The notes under the pieces are model-generated. The model did not search any database, had not been told where the DNA came from, and saw only the letters and a list, made by a program, of their open reading frames with translations. DNA of 64,000 nt from Geosiphon pyriformis uo1. Lineage: Eukaryota > Fungi > Glomeromycota. The stretch lies in the NCBI GenBank assembly GCA_016748015.1, contig JAAOMT010000512.1, forward strand, positions 530,719 to 594,718. The letters are read 5' to 3'. Shown here in pieces: positions 51,338 to 64,000 of the stretch; position 1 is the first letter of the stretch; each line of letters begins with the position of its first letter. Made by a program: the position numbers and the translations under genes.

Positions 51338-52418
51338 GTTAAATTTACTTTTAGTTTTTTTTGGTTTAGCTTTAACTGATTTAAATAGTTAGTTATATGT
51401 AAAAAATATGTAAATTATAACTATATTGAGACTTTTAAATTTTATGTTTATATTTAATAATAAGATTATACTTTGTTAAAACAATAAAAAATAAAAAAGT
51501 ATTATATTATATTATATAATTAAAAAACCAATATTAAAATCAAAAATTTAATTTTTAATTAACTTGTTTATTCATAAGTAATAATAAATTAAAAAAAATA
51601 AAAATAAAATTGTTTTCAATTAAATAAAATAATATAAACAAAATTAAAAAAAATAAAAGCTAACAAGAAGTTAAATCTGCTTTGAAAAAACTGATTATTA
51701 TTAATTGTTTTAATATTAAAAAATTTTATTGTTTTCATAATACTTTAAAGAAATTAAAAGTAATAAAACTGTTAATTAAATGATAAAGTAACCAACAAGT
51801 TAGTTGCAGTTGACATATTTTGTAAAAATTGTAGAAAAAGATTTTTAAATAATAAATTGTCCAGATACGAAAAATATGATAGATTGTAAAAAGGAATTTT
51901 TTTTCTTGAAAGGAAAAAACACGTATATTCTGTAGAACGTTCCACGTGTAAAAGAGGCTTTTTGACGTTATAGAGCCTCACTGACGTTATCACATGACAG
52001 ATTGCAACTTAGATTTTTTTAATGGTAAGTATGCTTGAAGGAATGACTGTTTTTTATGAGATGCAAATAAATACAAGAAAAGAAGAATGAGGTAAAAATC
52101 TTTTAAATAGAATAAAAACTAGTTGTCCAAGAATTAGGCATGAAAGGTTTTAATCCAACAACTTTGGAAGTACAGATTTAAAAAAAGAAATGATAATGGC
52201 AGAGCCAAAATAACAATTTTTGACCAGAAATTTAATTTATGAGTTGGCATGTACATATGACGTCAATGTTCACTTTGTTACAGCACGCCCCATTTTATTC
52301 TCTATTTTCTTGTAAATTCCAGCTAGTGTAAAAGGTTATTCTAAAACCAGTCTCTTACATACCACTACTGCAAGTTGAAGAAATATTATAAATACAGTTC
52401 AGAATAAAAACTGTAGAA

Positions 52419-55400
52419 ATGGCTGAAGCTTTCATAGGTCTTGGTGTGCATGTGGTGCTTAGCAATGACTCTTGGGTGGAGGGAACAGTGTCGCACATTG
52501 ATCAACATACTCAATTATTAACCCTCAAAAACGGTTTGTTGAATTTTCCGAAGTTTCAAAAATCACATTAAAAATGTATATAACATAATTTGAATATTCC
52601 ATAAAATGTAATTAGCCCTTGTAAACTCAAATGGCCACTCTCAGCAACGTGCTATATACGGGGTGGCGGGTACAGATATCCAGGATTTGCAAATTCTCCC
52701 AGCAGCCAGGCCACCTTCGAATCCCTCGCTTCGAAGGTCATCACAAGCGCCTGGATCGTATTTAATAGAAACTACGAAAATCACAAACGGGGGAACATTA
52801 AATTCGATCAACAATCCAAAGACATCAATTTCTCACCATCATGAACAGTCGAGCAAAATCTTCCCTCAATCTCATTTTGTAGATCCTGCAATTATATCGG
52901 TTTGTTTTTAGAATCTTTAATATATAATAAGAGAGGGGTCCTTAGGAAATAAAGTTGACTTTGAATGCTCTAATCTTATTTTATTTAATATAGATCTCCC
53001 AAGCACCTACAAATGTGACGAACAATTCATCAAATTCTTATATCTTATCAAGGTATTTCATAGGATATTTGTACAAACAAATGTTCATTTTAAAAAATTC
53101 TTCTCAAACTAACCGAATCAATTAAATCAAGTTCTTCGCCGACATATCTTTCGGTAAATTTTCGAGCTTTTCTTTGCTTAAGATATGTCTATTTTCATGT
53201 AATTTTAATTTATTAAAGCTTACTTCTGATTGTATATTCATTTTTAGCAATTGGCATCTAAAGAAACACAATCAGATATTATTACGAAAAATTTAACCGG
53301 TCCCAAATCCTCCAAGACAGGATCAACAGGGGATAGTGAATCCAAATACGATGATGATGATGAACGGATAAGTCCACGTCAATATGTTACAAATTCCAAA
53401 CTCTCCCCAAATAGCAGCAATCAGAACGGAGTAGATTCAAGTGGGTTGGAATCGGATGGGGAAATGTCAAATCAGAAGAAGGATTCAAGAAAACCTAAGG
53501 TATTTTACGCGTTTAATTTAATTGTCACTTTCTAATTTCTTATTTATATAGTATTTGTTAACAGCAATCGAAGGCAAATGGTTATTATAATAATCCTCGT
53601 GATTCACCTGGTAAGAGAAAAGTTTCTTTTCATAAAAAAAGATCTTATATAGCAGCACGAATATGTGAAATACCACCTTAGGAAAAGGCTTCCAAATCAA
53701 TATTAATTCTGCACTAGAAAATAATATCTGCTCAAAATTTATGGGGTAATTAATATTCCAATTAACTTCAGCCCGAAGAAATGGAAGACGTCGTCGCCCC
53801 ATTAAGCATGAGTGGGCGGGTGAGGATGTTAATGAGTTCAAATCAGAAGAATTTGATTTCCAAGGTAATCTGGATTTGTTTGATAAAGAGAAAGTGTTCG
53901 CTGAGATTAGAGTAAGTGAACTATCTATGTTTCTCTGATTTTGGGTTATGATGATTCAATGATTCCCCTTCTCATAAAGAACTTGCTTATTAGGAACTAG
54001 ATTCTACTGCTCCTGAGAACCTTTTAGTAAATCTCAATAGGAATCCAAAGTATCAGGTTAATAACCGTAATGGCCGCTATCCTATGGCAGCGCAACAACA
54101 AAGACTTGCATCCCATGAAAACGTCCTGGAGCCTTCAAATCGCAAACCTAATTTTTACAATACAGATGAAGACGACGAAACTGCAAACGATGCAGAAGTG
54201 GATTCGGATGAGTCCTGGAATAGAAAGATTAAAGTTAATGGGATCGGTTCTCATAGAAACGTTCGGATAAAAACATTAACTGGTGTTATCTGTCCAACTG
54301 TTCAACCTTTGCAAATGGTTGAGGTTGAGAGAATAGCCAGTGAGTCCTGTTCTATGAATCACTGGATTTCTGGTATCAATTAAAATTATCACCTTTTACC
54401 TGATTTAAAACTTAATTTTCACTGTTATTAGCTATCGAAACCGGACCTAATGAGGATCAAATGATTGAAAATGCAGGTCGCGGAACTTCTATGATGTGTC
54501 TACAAGCACTAGGTGCGCGTTTACATGTCTTTTATCTTTATAATCTATTATTAGCGCTTATGACATATTTTACTTTCAAAGGTGGATCTCGGCGCATACA
54601 ACCCAACAATCATAATGCTGCTCCCCTTGTCGTAATACTTGCTGGGAATACTAAAACTGGTGCCTATGGTTTAGCAGCTGCCCGTCATTTGTCCAATCAT
54701 GGTTGTCATGTAATATCGTGTGTAGTTGGAAAAGAGAGAGATCTTCTCAAGGTATTGCCTATATATTTTATACAAGCTCAATTTAAAATTATAAGTTGAT
54801 TCACAATTCTATATCATCTCAGAGCGTTAAAGATCAGCAAAAGATCATGCAGCCAACTGGGGGGAAGTTAGTTAAAAGCGTAGCAGGTCAGAAGGCAACT
54901 TGAATCACTATTATATTTCCCTACCATAAAAACGCTCTATTAACAGTCCATCAATCAGAACTGCCTCAACAATTCACAACTCCTGTTGATTTAATTGTGG
55001 ATGCCTTGCTTGGCTATCAGTTCACACTTCGAGATATCAAAGATGAACATGAAAGACGATTAATCTGTGATTTAATGGAATGGGCCAATGTTAACAAGGC
55101 TCCAGTGTTAAGCTTGGATATGCCAAGTGGGGTGAATGGGAACACAGGTAAAATCATGTTACATTTCATTGAGATTTATATAAAAAACTTTTTAATATTT
55201 ATTCCAAATTGTCATAGGCAATCCAGGTAATGCGGCACATTATATTCATCCTAAATGGACACTTTGTCTTGGAGCCCCCAAAACAGGCTGTAAATCTCGC
55301 TCAATAACCGGTGAGTTATTTTTGGCAGACATTGGCATTCCTCGAATTTGCTGGAAAAAAATCGGTGTTAAAAATTGGGGTATGCCATGGGGAAGTGAAT

Positions 55401-55429
55401 ATTTAATCGGATTGGAGTATGTCTCATGA
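52419..55429 (+). CDS. EDC3: Enhancer of mRNA-decapping protein 3 (Lsm, FDF and YjeF_N domains), multi-exon
   Basis: MAEAFIGLGVHVVL..EGTVSHID (Lsm); WAGEDVNEFKSEEFDFQGNLDLFDKEKVFAEIR (FDF); MIENAGRG, ILAGNTKTGAYGLAAARHLSNHG, DALLG, VLSLDMPSG, LGAPKTG, LADIGIP (YjeF_N). Confidence 0.95.
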
Positions 55430-56753
55430 TTGATTCATTACAAGCTTCACATCTCTTATGACGATCTTTGATTATTCTGCTTTTTAGTAATTAGGCAAAC
55501 ATGGGTTTGCCCTTTGTATATGTGTTTCTTTTTTTCTCAACTTAGTAATTTTTCGTCACAAAAGATGAAAAAATCTTTGAGATGCATAAGTGTAGGTGTA
55601 AGCCGTAACTACAGCTAATAATTAACAAGAGCAAGGGTCGCTTGGAAAGAGCTCTCCTAGCAATTCTAAACTTCTTTACTGATACATAAAATGAGAAAGG
55701 CTAGAAGGCCCTAATTTAATTGTGCCTTGAAATAAGTCAAATTTCAATGGTAAGGGACACAACATTTTTATTTCTAATTAAAACTTTAGATATCACGTTA
55801 AAGAAATCAGGCCAGTATAGCACTTAAAAAACCAAGTATATTAAGAATGGAACAAAATAGCAGCCAGCGCAACAATTCAATCGCAAGGACTAAGAAAACT
55901 CCGAAATTGTTAAACATCCGATATGAATATTGGAGTATTTGGGTAAAAGTCATGGACTAATAAAATAGTACTAGTGGAATAAATTTTAAAAATATACATA
56001 TTTTCAAGCAAAACAGTTATTTGAAAAGGTAAGGGAATAGTAGTGTATAAATAAGAGACTTTTAGCCGGTCCCAAAAAGGCAGTATGATATAATGTATAG
56101 AAATAATAACACTAATAATACCAGAATATACATTTTGAAGATCATCGTAAGAATCGACGTAGCGGGAAGTAATACATAAAAAAACCTAAAATCCAACTTG
56201 CCGTTGACTGTATTGTGCAGAGGGAAGCCGTGATTTCCTATGAGTCTCTCTGTCCCTCGTTATCATATGATATCAGATACCGCCGTTCGAAAACAAAGAT
56301 GGTTGTTATCGTTCTCGATTGCCCTATTCTTCATTATTTGATTTGCTTTTAATCTGAAAAGGGGGTGGAAGAATAGGTTGGAGGTAGGAAGGGAAGGGAA
56401 GCGAGAGGGAATAAAAAGAAGGTGGAATTGCAAACTTCACTAAAACTTCTCCGCCTTGCAAGGACATTTCAAAGATATGGCTATATATAACATTAAAGTG
56501 TACAATGGTGTAATATTTCATAGTAATATATTTATAAAATACAGTGATGATAAAGTTGGTGTTGAATTGAAACGAAGTTGTGTTGGTGGTTATCGGATGT
56601 TGTGACGACAGGTGATATATGTGTAGATTTGAAAAATTGAGTAAAAAAAAAAGAAAAAAGGGGACTTTAGATTCCCAACTTTACTATCCCCACTCCAATA
56701 TTAACCTTCACACCGACCACCAGTGCACCCCAAACAATAAAAAAATAGAGTAA

Positions 56754-59700
56754 TTAAATTTGATTGCTATGTAACTCTGCCTGTAACTGATGTATCATCT
56801 GTAGCATCTGATCATTTTCAGCTTTCAATCGCTCATTTTCTTTGAGTGCTTCATCCAATTGCTGGGCTTCTTTCTGCAACCTTTGATTTTCTTGATGAAG
56901 TGTCTCGAGGTCTTTATTAAGAGCATCAATTTTGTTCTGAAAAGCACATATTATTAATATTAAAAAGTAACTGCAAAATTGAATTTGGAAAAAATATAAT
57001 TTTACGTCTTGTTGCTCGTTCTCCTCTTCTAACCACTTAATTTCCATCGAAGAACTCTTAATCTTTTCTTCTTTTTCATCGAGCTCGCGCAGATGAGTGC
57101 TTTCGAGTTCAGCAATCTTTGCGTTGTGCGCTTGATGAAGAGCCTCAAGATCTTTAGACGAGGGTCCAACCACGTTCTGACAACAGAGTTAAAATACTTG
57201 CTTTAATTTTTGATTCACAGTCGATTCTATAAATTGATTACTATCCACACACCTTTAACCGCCTATTCAATTCATCCAACTCTTTTTCTTTGATACCAAG
57301 TAAATCCTGGAATTGCTTTTCGAGAATGTCCGAGTCCTCTTGTAACTTATGTATTTCCTGAGCGTGGGAGGCAGCGAGGTTTTTCAATTCCTCTTCTTTG
57401 CGCTATAACAAAGGATAACAGGATAATTAAAGATGTTCAATTTCGATTTCTGACTTTTAATCAATATACCTGAATAATTTCGTTGAGTTTCAATTCTCCC
57501 GCCTGATCGCGACTGAGCGTGGTAATATGCTCGGTGAATTCCTAGATTTCCAAATACATTTAACAAAAGCTGAAAATTCTGACGCATAAAATAGTTAATC
57601 ATCTTAAAACTTACTGCAAGTTGCTCTTCATAATCCTTGTTTTCTTTCCTGGAAGCAGCGAGTTGATTGCGTAACTTTTCATGCTCGGCGGTCTGAGCGT
57701 CAAGAGAGGTTTGCATTGTGGCAAGAACATTTTCTAATTCTTGTTGGTGAGAATTTTGTAGGTTTGCTATGTGAGCTGCATGTTCTTGTCGCAATTCCTA
57801 TTTTAAATTGAAAGAATTTTCATATTATTCCCTGGAATTATTTTTTGTTAATTTAAAAGATATAGTTACCTCTAATTCCTTAGCCAATGCTTCCTGATGT
57901 TGTGCCCTTAGTTCTACGAATTTATTGTCGTACATTTCGCGACTGGAGTTGAGATTGTTGATAGCCGTTTCATGATTCAAGCGAAGCTCGACAATTTCAC
58001 TTTGAAGTTTTCCTTGACTCGATTCCAACTCTCCTAGTGAGATTTCATGCTGTGAAATAAGTTTAGATAGTTCTATTTCATGAGAATTTTTATTTTCTTT
58101 TAATTCTTCTAATATTGAATCATGTTGAGTTTGAATTTCCCGAATTTGAAGTTCGTAATTTTGGCTAAGTTCAGCTAATTCCCTTTGATGGGACTCTTGC
58201 TTCAATTTTAATTCTTCTAATGTAGAATCGTGTTGGGCTTTGAGATCTGCAATTTCATACCGGGCTTCATCATGTTGAAGCTTCAATTTGAGGAGTTCAC
58301 TATGGTTTTTTTCAATTAAACTTTTCCCTGCAGTTTCATGAATATCTAATAATGCGGCCTCATGTTTTATATTGAGTTCGTTAATTTGATTTTCATACTG
58401 TTCTTTAAGCTCTTGACCAAAAGACGACTTAAGGTGCTCGATTTGTTCGCTATGAGTTTTCTTTAGAGTCTCCAATTCTTCCGTGTGATTGGCGATGATT
58501 TCTTGAATTCCAGAATCATGCTTGGATTCGAGGTTCGCCTTAATTGAATTTAACTCTTCAAGATGCATTTTTTCGAGATCTTCGATTTCCTTTTCATGTT
58601 GAAGTTGAAGCGCAACCTGAAGCTCCGACTTTACATTGGCAATTAGCTCATTTTTGGCGTCTTCGATCAATTTAATCGCGGTTTGATGCTGGTTTTTGAG
58701 CTCCACTATTTGACTATGGTAATTTTCCACGAGCTCTTTGTTAGAAGCTGTTTTCATGAGCTCAGTTTCTTGCAAGTGAGTATTCTTCAGATCTTGAATC
58801 TCTTGCGAATGTTTGACAGTGATTTCCTCAATCAAACCCTCATGTTTAGATTCGAGATTTAGTTTGATTATTGAGAGCTCTTCGGCGTGTCTTTCCTCGA
58901 GATTTGCTCTTTCTAAATCATATTTTTCAGTTAAGACATTCTGAACATCCGTCATCGATTTTTCATTCAACTCCAAGTCACTTTCATGTTTAGCTTTAAG
59001 TTCAAGAATTTGATTTTCGTACTTTTGTATCAATTGTTCATCGGAAGATGATCTTAAAAATTCAATTTCTTGCTTGTGACTATTCTTGAGAAGTTCTTTT
59101 TCCTCAGTATACTTCGACTTCAATAATTCTAAAGCAGCTTCATGTTGAATTTTAAGCTCAGCAATCTGGCCTTCGTATTTTCGGACGAGCTCTTCATTAT
59201 TGGCTGCTTTTAAAAGCTCAACCTGTTGCTCCTGAGTATTTTTAAGAATTTCCATATCTTGAGAATGCTTAGCGTTAAGAGCTGCCATTTCTTGAATCAC
59301 CGCATCATGTTTCGACTCAAGGTTCGACTTTATTGACTTCAACTCTTCAGCATGCATTTTTTCAAGATTTTCCGTTTCACGATTATGTTGATGGTTGAGT
59401 GTAGAGAGTAACTCAGACTTGACTCCCTCGATTAAATCGTCCCTCTCTTCTTGAAGTTTTTGTAATAACGTAGCATGTCCAATTTGAATTTCTTTTAGTT
59501 CATCGGAATGTTTGACAATCAAGGCCTGCATTGCAACTTCGATCTCTCCGACAGTTTCTTGTTGAGAAGACTAAAAAAATTATATCAGTTTATAGAACGT
59601 GTACCAATATTATATAGAATTGAATGAATAAAGAATTTAACCTTGAACTCTGCTTTGGTCTGCTCACGCTCTTGCTCAAGAGCTTCATCATGCAATCTCT

Positions 59701-61532
59701 GAAGATTTTGAATATCGAAATTATGCTTAACACGAAGTTCTTCGAGTTTTACTTGATGAGCTTTTTTTGCAGACTCGAACTCATTTTGTAACTCTTCCAA
59801 TTCCTTTGCAAGGCCTTCCCCTCCTTGAGCTTTCTGTGCTAGTTTGGTAATTTCCTGCGCATGGACAGCCTTGGTGCTTTCAAGCTGACGTTCAAATTCA
59901 CCTTTGAGTTGAGATTGAAGTTCTTCTTTAAGTCGAAGTATTTTTTCTTCATAATCCCTCTTGATGTTCTGCGAAAAATACGGTTGATTTTCGAGTATTG
60001 TAAAAATTTAAAGGGCAATTAGAAACTGGCTATTTACCTGGATATCTTGTTTTAATGATTGAATTTGTTTTTTGAGCGATTCAATCTCCGCTTCTTTAGA
60101 AAGGATTGCTTCATCTCGCTCTATTTGAATCTTTAGATTCTCCTCTTCATGAGCTTTTTTAAGTTCTTCCAAGTGGTGAGAATGGGTTTCTGCAGAATTG
60201 GTGGCTCTATCATTCCCTTTTTCTAGTCTAACTTTTAGCTCACTTAATTTTTCTTCGTGAGCTTTCAAAATGGCCTCTTTTTCTTCCAAAAGTCTGGTGA
60301 GCTCTTCATTCTTTCAAAAAAAAGTTTCGAGTTTTTATAATTATTTATTTGGCATAAAAACAAATGATAAACCGAATATTTAAGTTTAATGCTGTTATTG
60401 AACTAACCTTTTCTTTGAAATCATTAATCTCCGTTGAGGAAACAATCTTTGAGGGGACACCATTAGTCTTTGGTGATGGGTTGGTAGTTTTTGTTGAAAC
60501 CGCAATTGACCCAGAAGAAGATCCAATTGTTTTAGTCCTGCTAGGCACAGGCACAATTGGTTTCTTTGTAGCAGAACCAGTAGTAACGTTTGTCGATACC
60601 CTTTTAACAGGTGGGGTGGTACTTGGTTTGTTTGTTAATGGTTGACGAGTAGGAGATGTAGCTCTGGATGCAGCCCTTGATGCAGAGGGTGAAGTTACCC
60701 TTGATGCAGAAGGTGAATCCACCCTTGTAGATCCTTGGCGAGTGATAGAAGATGTTGCTGTTTTGGTTATCGTTGTTGGGGTTGTTCCCGGGGACCTGGA
60801 AGTTACAGATATTGAGGCGGTTCGTGGTGGTGTGGTACCAGGTTTTGGTGGGGTAGTCACCTTTGGGGTGATGGCGGTTTTAGGGGTAGTTGAGATGTTT
60901 GCTTTAACTGAAGTTGTATTAGATGTCGTAGTTCGCATTCCTGTAGATTTTGTCACAGTTGGTGATCGAAGAACTGTCGAGGAAACCGAAGCCACGGAAG
61001 AATTTGATAATCGACGTGATCGAGCTCCTGCATCAGAGGGCTTTGTGTTACTCGACACACCGTTACTAGAAACCGCTCCAGGTTTTTTTATTAGTCCAGT
61101 CTTTATTGCAACAGATGAAGTTTTGGGGGCTGCAATGTTTGTTACAGCAGTTTTGTTGCTTTTAACGGGTGTCTTTACTGCCGTCGTTGTTGTTTTTATG
61201 GATTTTTTCTCTGGTTTACCAGTTGGACTTTTCGGAGGGGTCAATGGATCATTAGAAAGGGATTTAATTCCATTAGTTTCAGCATTTGTCTCTGAAACCA
61301 CTGTGTCAGATTCCCCAGATTCTAAAGGATCATCATTATGATCATCGACCAAAGAATCATCATGACTATTATTGGTTTTGCCATTTTGATCGACAAAATT
61401 TTCTTCGGTGACAGTGTCTAATTGTTCAAAGTCATTTAATTCTCCTTCGACGATTTCAACGTACTCAGTTACTTCAGTAACCACGGTATCGTCATGAGTG
61501 GTGTTAATGTAGCTATCCACGGCGGCAGCCAT
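56754..61532 (-). CDS. Large multi-exon protein: acidic N-terminus, Ser/Thr/Pro/Lys-rich disordered region, long His/Glu-rich coiled coil
   Basis: Long open exons (60345-61559, 57825-59531 and others) joined by GT-AG introns; no internal stops; CpG retained. Confidence 0.85.
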
Positions 61533-62649
61533 GATTGAATATATTCGTTCTCTGTTCAATATTGTGAAAGAAAATTTAAGTCAAAGGAGATACATGATTT
61601 TAGAGAGTGATTTTTCTAAAAAATTTTCTTTTAGAGTAACTAGAGTGCGTGATTATTTGTATGTGTATGCGTTGGCGAAGAAAGTTCAACAAGTGTGACG
61701 TATAAGAAATATAATGCACAACATAGATGAGCGAGTACAGGCTTTAACTTTGAGTCATCTCAAGTCTAAAGTCATCCAAGACAACTTACCAAGTAAAATT
61801 CAACAAGTTCGTAAGATTTTTTATTCTGTTATGTTTCCAAGTTTTATTAATGTGTTCGGAGCAGGAGAAACGAAGTGATAAAATAGCCAAGTATTTTAAA
61901 ATATAAGGAGTTCTAAGTATGATGCTTCTCTATGAAGCAAACACACGAGGGAGAAAATTAAGCAAAATAGATCGATAAAGGATAAACAATGTGATCTTCA
62001 ATTAAAAAATGGTCATAATGTGATCCAAAGTATTGAGTGAGGCAACTCTTTTAATGTAACTTTAACATTTATAAGTGTAACTCGATCAAGTAACAGTTAG
62101 GCTACACCAACAATCTAAAGCTCACAAGTTCAAGTTTATAACTCGAAATTTACTTCCTCCTTGAGTTACCAATTCAGTATTGACCCACCCTATTTAGGGA
62201 CAAGAAAACCTTTAGATTGGCCGGACCTGAAGGAAAGGCCAAAGAAATATACCCCCAAAACATGGCTGAAACGCCAGACCTATCCGCATCGTTGTGGCGG
62301 CTGACACGCATTGATTTGTACATAATCAAAGTGAAAAAATGCAGCAAAAAAGTTTTCAAAGCATCTCTTCTCCCGTTACAGATTAAATTCAAAAAGGGAC
62401 CTTGAGCGACATAGCAATTTGGCCGTGCATAATAAAATCTTCGTTTGAGCGATAGCAAATTCAAAATAAAAAGGTTAAAACTAGAAGCTGTATATTTTCA
62501 ATAAAGCTGTTTGTCCAAAAGATATTTTCATTTTAGGCAAAAATTGAATCGTGGCTAATAGTGACTAGCTGACAACCTTTATGACAAACAAGATTATTTT
62601 TCTGCTTCACAATGCCTATCAATAAAATGCTTATCAGATTTAAAATCGC

Positions 62650-62720
62650 GAAAATAAATACCCTGTTTTCCTGCAAAGCAAAAGAGGATCTTGAACAATA
62701 AAAACAACTTTTCGCGACAT
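62650..62720 (+). pseudogene. Possible IS607 TnpA (serine recombinase) fragment
   Basis: With one frameshift it reads ..PAKQK-EDLEQ*KQLF, resembling YxRVSSxxQKxDLERQ; lies immediately upstream of the TnpB-like start. Confidence 0.35.
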
Positions 62721-62974
62721 ATGAACTCAAAAATATCGGCTCCAGTGTCAACTTCAAGCCCCAAGGGCTTAAGGCCCTACTGGAACGATCAAGCCACGGT
62801 GCTGTCTCGGAGGTTGCCATTAACCACTGTGATTGACTCCGCTTGTTTGCCTATAACCTCCAATATATCTATCCCAACCACCTTCAGAAGCAGCTATTGA
62901 AGTGATGGATGGGCTTGGCGAGATTTGCCTTTAATACTGTGGTGGGATGGAGCAAAAGACGTCGGTCATTATAA
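62721..62974 (+). pseudogene. IS607-type TnpB / Fanzor2 N-terminal remnant
   Basis: KGLRPYWNDQATVLSRRLPLTTVIDS (PxWN..S.RLWLPT..D N-terminal extension), then in another frame from 62867 IYPNHLQKQLLK*WMGLARFAFNTVV (HTH_OrfB_IS605-like motif); no RuvC in the window. Confidence 0.7.
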
Positions 62975-63529
62975 AACAAGACGGTATCACGGAACAAGGA
63001 TGGTTAAAACTCATGACGTTTCAACAAAGACCTTTTTTCAATCTCGTAAGTAACCATGGAATCGCTTCTATGTATCTTATCTTCACCTCATAATTGTTTT
63101 ATATCGTTTTTTTTTTTAAGGATAAACATGTACTATGGCCTCTCCACTTCAAAAAAAAAACCGGAAAAATAACAAGTGGCTCAATTTACACAAGCTCACT
63201 TACCATCACAAACCTAATGAATGGTGGTTTAAAAACTTTTTGGTTTTAAAAAAAGTTAAAAATAGAATTGTGTTAATTTTTTAAATAATAAAAACCATAT
63301 TTAATTAAGGATGAATCTAAATGGAACACCCTGTTTCAGGAACTATCTCGGAAAATTAGTTCGGCTAGGGCCGGAAATTGCAGAATTTTATTTGATTGGT
63401 TATTAAAAAACGTGATACATAATAATTTTGATTGGGCTAAAAAGTAATAATCATGTGTTTAATGTAATTAAAGTTGGAAAATCTATAAATAAAAAACACA
63501 CAAATACTTATTATTTTGACAAGTTGTGC

Positions 63530-64000
63530 TATTATGCTCTGGTTTATTTACTATAGATATATGTATATTATTATTTATATAAAAAACAAATAATAATAAT
63601 AAAACAAATAACTAATAACAAAATAAAAAATTATTAAAATATATAATATTAAAAATTTTAAAAATACCAGTAAAAATTTTAGAAATTCCAAAAATACCAG
63701 AAATTCCAATAATAACTCAAAAAATTGTAAGAATTTGTATTATAAAAATTTATATATATATAATAAAAGTATTAAAAACTAAAAAAACATATTATTTTAA
63801 AACCAAACAAGTTTACTTCAAGACTAATTTAGTTTTTTATTATTACTTTAATTAAATCATTATCTATTTAATAAAAAATATTAATTAATTATATTTAAAA
63901 ACACTTAATAAATTTAAACTTAACTTGTTAACAAATCTTAAATTTACTTATATTAATATTTTTAATAATAATACTAAAACAATAGCTTTTAATTATAATT
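63530..64000 (+). repeat. LTR (A family), runs off the window
   Basis: ccagaaattcc-type U3 repeats and a tatatatataataaaagtattaaaaac segment shared with 22814 and 29069. Confidence 0.7.

Noticed and set aside
1-51500. Alternative genetic code explaining the many in-frame stops
   Set aside because: All three stop types occur at positions of Gln, Trp and Arg codons, frameshifts are also present, and host genes use the standard code; mutational decay fits better.
60364-61341. Plus-strand Val/Gly-rich ORFs (93 and 199 aa)
   Set aside because: Antisense shadows of the Thr/Pro/Ser-rich exon on the minus strand.
62215-62310. Hammerhead-ribozyme-like pattern (CTGAAGG..GGCCA/TGGCT GAAAC GCCA..TGGCG)
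   Set aside because: The core deviates from CUGANGA, the cleavage triplet is GGC rather than NUH, and stem I does not pair; not supportable without an Infernal search.
62975-63240. Continuation of the TnpB/Fanzor ORF through an apparent intron (gtaagt..ttttaag)
   Set aside because: No TnpB, RuvC or zinc-finger motifs in the frames I translated; origin unclear.

Overview
AT-rich eukaryotic DNA with short GT-AG introns. The gene content and repeat landscape look like an early-diverging fungus (Mucoromycota/Glomeromycotina-like; inference only). About three quarters of the window is nested, decayed transposons: two Ty3/Gypsy elements with both LTRs (1435-10560 and 30177-37892), many solo or partial LTRs and gag fragments, two APE-RT-RNaseH LINEs, ORF1-only LINE derivatives that share the LINE 3' tail, a pogo/Tigger DNA transposon with about 2 kb of cargo, and a MITE. 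CpG-retaining islands hold MAM33, EDC3, a large His-rich coiled-coil gene and a broken restriction-endonuclease-fold gene. Main points of interest: (1) a remnant of an IS607-type TnpB/Fanzor2 locus near 62.7-63.0 kb; (2) transition-only, largely non-CpG C>T/G>A hypermutation confined to long repeats (RIP-like); (3) ORF1-only LINE derivatives with a structured 3' tail shared with the full LINEs; (4) Gypsy elements with a UUUAAAC -1 frameshift site, a separate integrase ORF and an extra 3' ORF. All translations and counts were done by eye, and boundaries of decayed features are approximate.
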